IMG/VR virus record: IMGVR_UViG_3300029288_004137
Coordinates: 145,975 to 209,974 of that record
DNA length: 64,000 bases
Strand: one strand, 5' to 3'
Source: a virus
Lineage: Duplodnaviria; Caudoviricetes
Each line of letters opens with the position of its first letter. Position 1 is the stretch's first letter. This document shows positions 60,981-64,000 of this stretch, in pieces. The translations under genes were made by a program, and so were the position numbers. The notes under the pieces were generated by a model. That model was not told where the DNA came from. It was given only the letters and a program-made list of their open reading frames with translations, and ran no database searches.

Positions 60981-62188
60981 TTTTTATTCCATTCTTCAGT
61001 AAAAGATTTCAACTTATTTCTTTGTTCTCTTAATAAGAAAGAATCTCTATCATTATATTCAACAGTTGGCATCCAACTAAACTCTTCTTTATTCTTTCCT
61101 ACAGAATGTTGATAATTATCATAATTACTATTAAACTGTTTAATGTTATATTTTTTAGGATTTTTCCATATATCTGTCCCTGGGTAAGGAACCAACGTGA
61201 ATAAACTAACTTTTGTTGGTTGTGTTTCTTTAATAAAAGAAATTGTATTTTCAACAATATTATCTGATTCAAATGGCAATCCAGATATCAAAAACAATTT
61301 TACTCCCAATCCTTTATCTTTAATCTTTTTAATAACTTTTTTAGCATCCTCAATATTTAACTTTTTTGATATCGAATCCAAAACCTTTTGTTCTACAGAT
61401 TCAATTCCCAAATTTATAAATGTACCACCATTATTTACCATAACATCAAGCATATAATCTGTGATACTATCAACCCTTGATTCACAAAACCATTTTATGT
61501 CTAATTGTGAAATCTTTTCAGAAACATTCTTAAAAAACTTTTTATTAAATGGAAAAATATCATCAATAAACTTATAATGCTTTGTACCATATGTATCTTT
61601 TAAATATTTTATTTCATCAAAAATACTATCTGGATCTCTAAAAACCACATCTCTTCCCCATATCACATTAGAAGCACAAAATGCACATTTATATGGACAC
61701 CCTCTTGAAGCCATTAATGAACAAGATTTAACACCATCCATATATGTTTCATATTGAATCCTATTCCAAATTTTTCTTTTTGGAATAGGAATCAAATTTA
61801 AATTTTCATTTTTTGAATAATAAATTGTTTTTTCTTTTATATTATTTAAAATCTTTTGAATGACCAATTCTCCTGGACCTTTTACAACTATATCAAAATC
61901 TTTTAAACATTCTTCTGGTAATGCACTAGCATGAGATCCACCTAAAACTTTTATAGATTCTTTTGATAAAGTACTTAACAATTTCACTGTATTATTATAA
62001 TGAATTGTTGCTCCTGTAAAAAAATATACATCTGCTTCTGGTATAATTTTATCAAAAGATAAATCTACCATTTCATTTTCTATCCCCAAATTGTCTAAAA
62101 CACCTTCTAAATACATCAATCCTATTGGCTCTGCCATTTTAGGATTTGATAAAAACTTTTGTGAAGGTGAAACTAAAACAATCTTCAT
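60977..62188 (-). CDS. B12-binding radical SAM enzyme (class B methyltransferase-like)
   Basis: PIGLMYL, VLGGSHAS..PEE, SRGCPYKCAFC, GIES, PYPGT. Confidence 0.88.
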   Translation of the reverse strand: MKIVLVSPSQKFLSNPKMAEPIGLMYLEGVLDNLGIENEMVDLSFDKIIPEADVYFFTGATIHYNNTVKLLSTLSKESIKVLGGSHASALPEECLKDFDIVVKGPGELVIQKILNNIKEKTIYYSKNENLNLIPIPKRKIWNRIQYETYMDGVKSCSLMASRGCPYKCAFCASNVIWGRDVVFRDPDSIFDEIKYLKDTYGTKHYKFIDDIFPFNKKFFKNVSEKISQLDIKWFCESRVDSITDYMLDVMVNNGGTFINLGIESVEQKVLDSISKKLNIEDAKKVIKKIKDKGLGVKLFLISGLPFESDNIVENTISFIKETQPTKVSLFTLVPYPGTDIWKNPKKYNIKQFNSNYDNYQHSVGKNKEEFSWMPTVEYNDRDSFLLREQRNKLKSFTEEWNKK

Positions 62189-62208
62189 CCACTACCTCCT
62201 AGAATCTC

Positions 62209-63306
62209 CTATGGAAAATATCTACACATCTTATCTTCAATAAAAATATTTTCCACAAACTCATTATAAGGTCCAAAAGTACATCTCGGACAATCTTCAA
62301 CTTTAATATTCCTCATAATTTCCTTATGTCTTTCTGAATTCCAGTGTTTTAATACTTCTTTTGGATCTGGATAATGAGAACAAAGAATTAAATCTTTTCT
62401 GCCTCTCATATCAAAACAAAGATGACAATTCCCATCTGCTCCAAATGTTAAAACAAGCGGAGCTGCCCAACATCTCTTAAAAGGAACATTTCTTTGAAAA
62501 TCTTCTTTAAATTTATGACGAACCCCGTAAAAATGAAAATCATCAGTTTCCAAAAGAAGACTTTGTTCAATTTCTTTATTAATTAAATCATACTTATCTG
62601 TATAATCTATTTTCCCCTTGTTTTTGGTCTTTGGAACATTATCCCATCCTACAGGTCTTAGATGAAAATCCTTAACACCAATCTGTTTTGCTAATTGTGC
62701 TGCTACATATATATCTTCAGCATTATACGGAGAAAACAGATATTTATACGCTAAATCACAGTTATATCCTGTTCTTTTAATTTCTTTTGCTAGTTTTTCA
62801 ATATTACGAATAACTACATCAAATAAATTACTATTTTTTATTCCTTTAACTTTTATATATGTATCGGGAGTTCCAGCATCTACTGACACACCAACCCATC
62901 TGCAAGTTTTTACTATAGTTTCTATTAATTCATCATTCAAAAGAGAACCATTTGTAATAAGTCCAGCCGCAATATTATTGTTATTTAATCTTAACAAAAA
63001 ATCTTTTAAACCAGGATTCAATAAAGGCTCGCCCCCTCCGGCTAAACAGGAACTTTTTACACCCCACTCTGCATAAAAATCTGCTAATTTAATTAAATGA
63101 TCTTTAGGAATAACTGCATTTTTCTTATCTTCCATATACTGCATAGCATTACACCAAATCCAATCATAATTACAACTGTTTGCTGGATCTGTATCAATTT
63201 GTATTGGTACAAGATAATCCTCTTTTGCAAATCCTTCAAACCACTCTCTCCACATTAACCCTTTCCAAGAATTAAATGCATTGTATTTATTATTCCATTC
63301 TTTCAT
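62209..63306 (-). CDS. Radical SAM protein with SPASM/twitch domain; cluster motif altered
   Basis: CNYDWIWC in place of CxxxCxxC; GGGEPL, ITNG, VSVDA; C-terminal CWA..ADG.CHLC..CPRC. Confidence 0.85.
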   Translation of the reverse strand: MKEWNNKYNAFNSWKGLMWREWFEGFAKEDYLVPIQIDTDPANSCNYDWIWCNAMQYMEDKKNAVIPKDHLIKLADFYAEWGVKSSCLAGGGEPLLNPGLKDFLLRLNNNNIAAGLITNGSLLNDELIETIVKTCRWVGVSVDAGTPDTYIKVKGIKNSNLFDVVIRNIEKLAKEIKRTGYNCDLAYKYLFSPYNAEDIYVAAQLAKQIGVKDFHLRPVGWDNVPKTKNKGKIDYTDKYDLINKEIEQSLLLETDDFHFYGVRHKFKEDFQRNVPFKRCWAAPLVLTFGADGNCHLCFDMRGRKDLILCSHYPDPKEVLKHWNSERHKEIMRNIKVEDCPRCTFGPYNEFVENIFIEDKMCRYFP

Positions 63307-64000
63307 ATTTTTTCCAATCCATTTCAGTTAATATTTCATAAACATTTTTTATTTGTTCTTCTTGTAAAAACATAGAAGAAGGAAGATAAATAACTGTATC
63401 ATAAATTTTCTGCGCTACAGGAAAATTTCCTAAATTTTTAAATTGTAAATGATCTGTTATTGGATGATATAATTTACTTATTTCACAAAATGTTTGTGTT
63501 TTTGAATTTGCAAAACGATAAAATTCTTTATCATGTATCAATGCTGCCATTGCTGTTATTTCTTGACCAAAATCAAATAATTTTATATATTTTCTATATT
63601 CATCAAAAATTCTCTTTTTTTCTTTTTTTATATTTTCTAAATCATTTAATTGAGAAAGTCCTAAACAAGCTAAAATATCATTAAATTTAAAATTTAAACC
63701 TATTTCTTTATGGATTTTAGTTTCTCTCCAATTTCCACCTTGATCTTTCATATTACAACAAGAATCATAATATTCTTCATTATCTGTTAATATAGCGCCT
63801 CCCTGTCCTGTTGTTATCATTTTAGGAGTAGAAAAAGAAAAAATAGAAATATCTCCATATTTACCAGCACCATCTAAACCTACTGATTGAGCACTATCTT
63901 CTAACATTAATGTATTATATTTCGTGCACATTTCTCTCACTTCTTTGACATCTTTACCAAGATATCCATTGTGCTCCACAAACATAGCTATTTTTTCATC
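63290..64000 (-). CDS. DegT/DnrJ/EryC1/StrS PLP-dependent sugar aminotransferase (5' end outside the window)
   Basis: LEDSAQSVG, FSFSTPKMITTGQGG, GLNFK, LGLSQL, YLPS. Confidence 0.92.
   Translation of the reverse strand, partial: DEKIAMFVEHNGYLGKDVKEVREMCTKYNTLMLEDSAQSVGLDGAGKYGDISIFSFSTPKMITTGQGGAILTDNEEYYDSCCNMKDQGGNWRETKIHKEIGLNFKFNDILACLGLSQLNDLENIKKEKKRIFDEYRKYIKLFDFGQEITAMAALIHDKEFYRFANSKTQTFCEISKLYHPITDHLQFKNLGNFPVAQKIYDTVIYLPSSMFLQEEQIKNVYEILTEMDWKKYERME

Noticed and set aside
1-64000. tRNA, rRNA or group I intron
   Set aside because: Intergenic gaps are very short and AT-rich; no cloverleaf or intron-like interruption was seen by eye, and no covariance search was run

Overview
AT-rich segment of a large T4-like (myovirus-type, probably jumbo) bacteriophage genome. 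All credible genes are on the minus strand and use the standard code with GGAG/GAGGTG Shine-Dalgarno sites. In transcription order (right to left) it holds: a sugar-modification cluster (DegT aminotransferase, two radical SAM enzymes, NAD-dependent epimerase, sugar O-methyltransferase); a gp55-like late sigma factor; baseplate and tail genes (M15-peptidase hub protein, spike-like protein, gp25, gp6, large LamG wedge proteins); RuvC-like resolvase, primase and a fused SbcD-SbcC; putative holin/spanins; terminase; an intein-containing portal; prohead protease; ribosomal protein bS21; scaffold; major capsid protein; a Hef-like nuclease; and neck proteins. The most unusual feature is three genes inserted in the head module. 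Each is a chain of unrelated cargo domains (HD hydrolase, ankyrin repeats, HExxH zincin, unknown domains) joined by a conserved linker, L[DE]L[DN]EV-x-[RK]RIKLLKE. The linker resembles a capsid-targeting and prohead-protease site, is repeated at DNA level, and at gene ends supplies the RBS and ATG of the next gene. Other signals are a [ST]G[ST] tripeptide excess in outer virion proteins and a recurrent CTATTTAT late-promoter-like motif. Functional calls come from motif recognition only; no searches were run.
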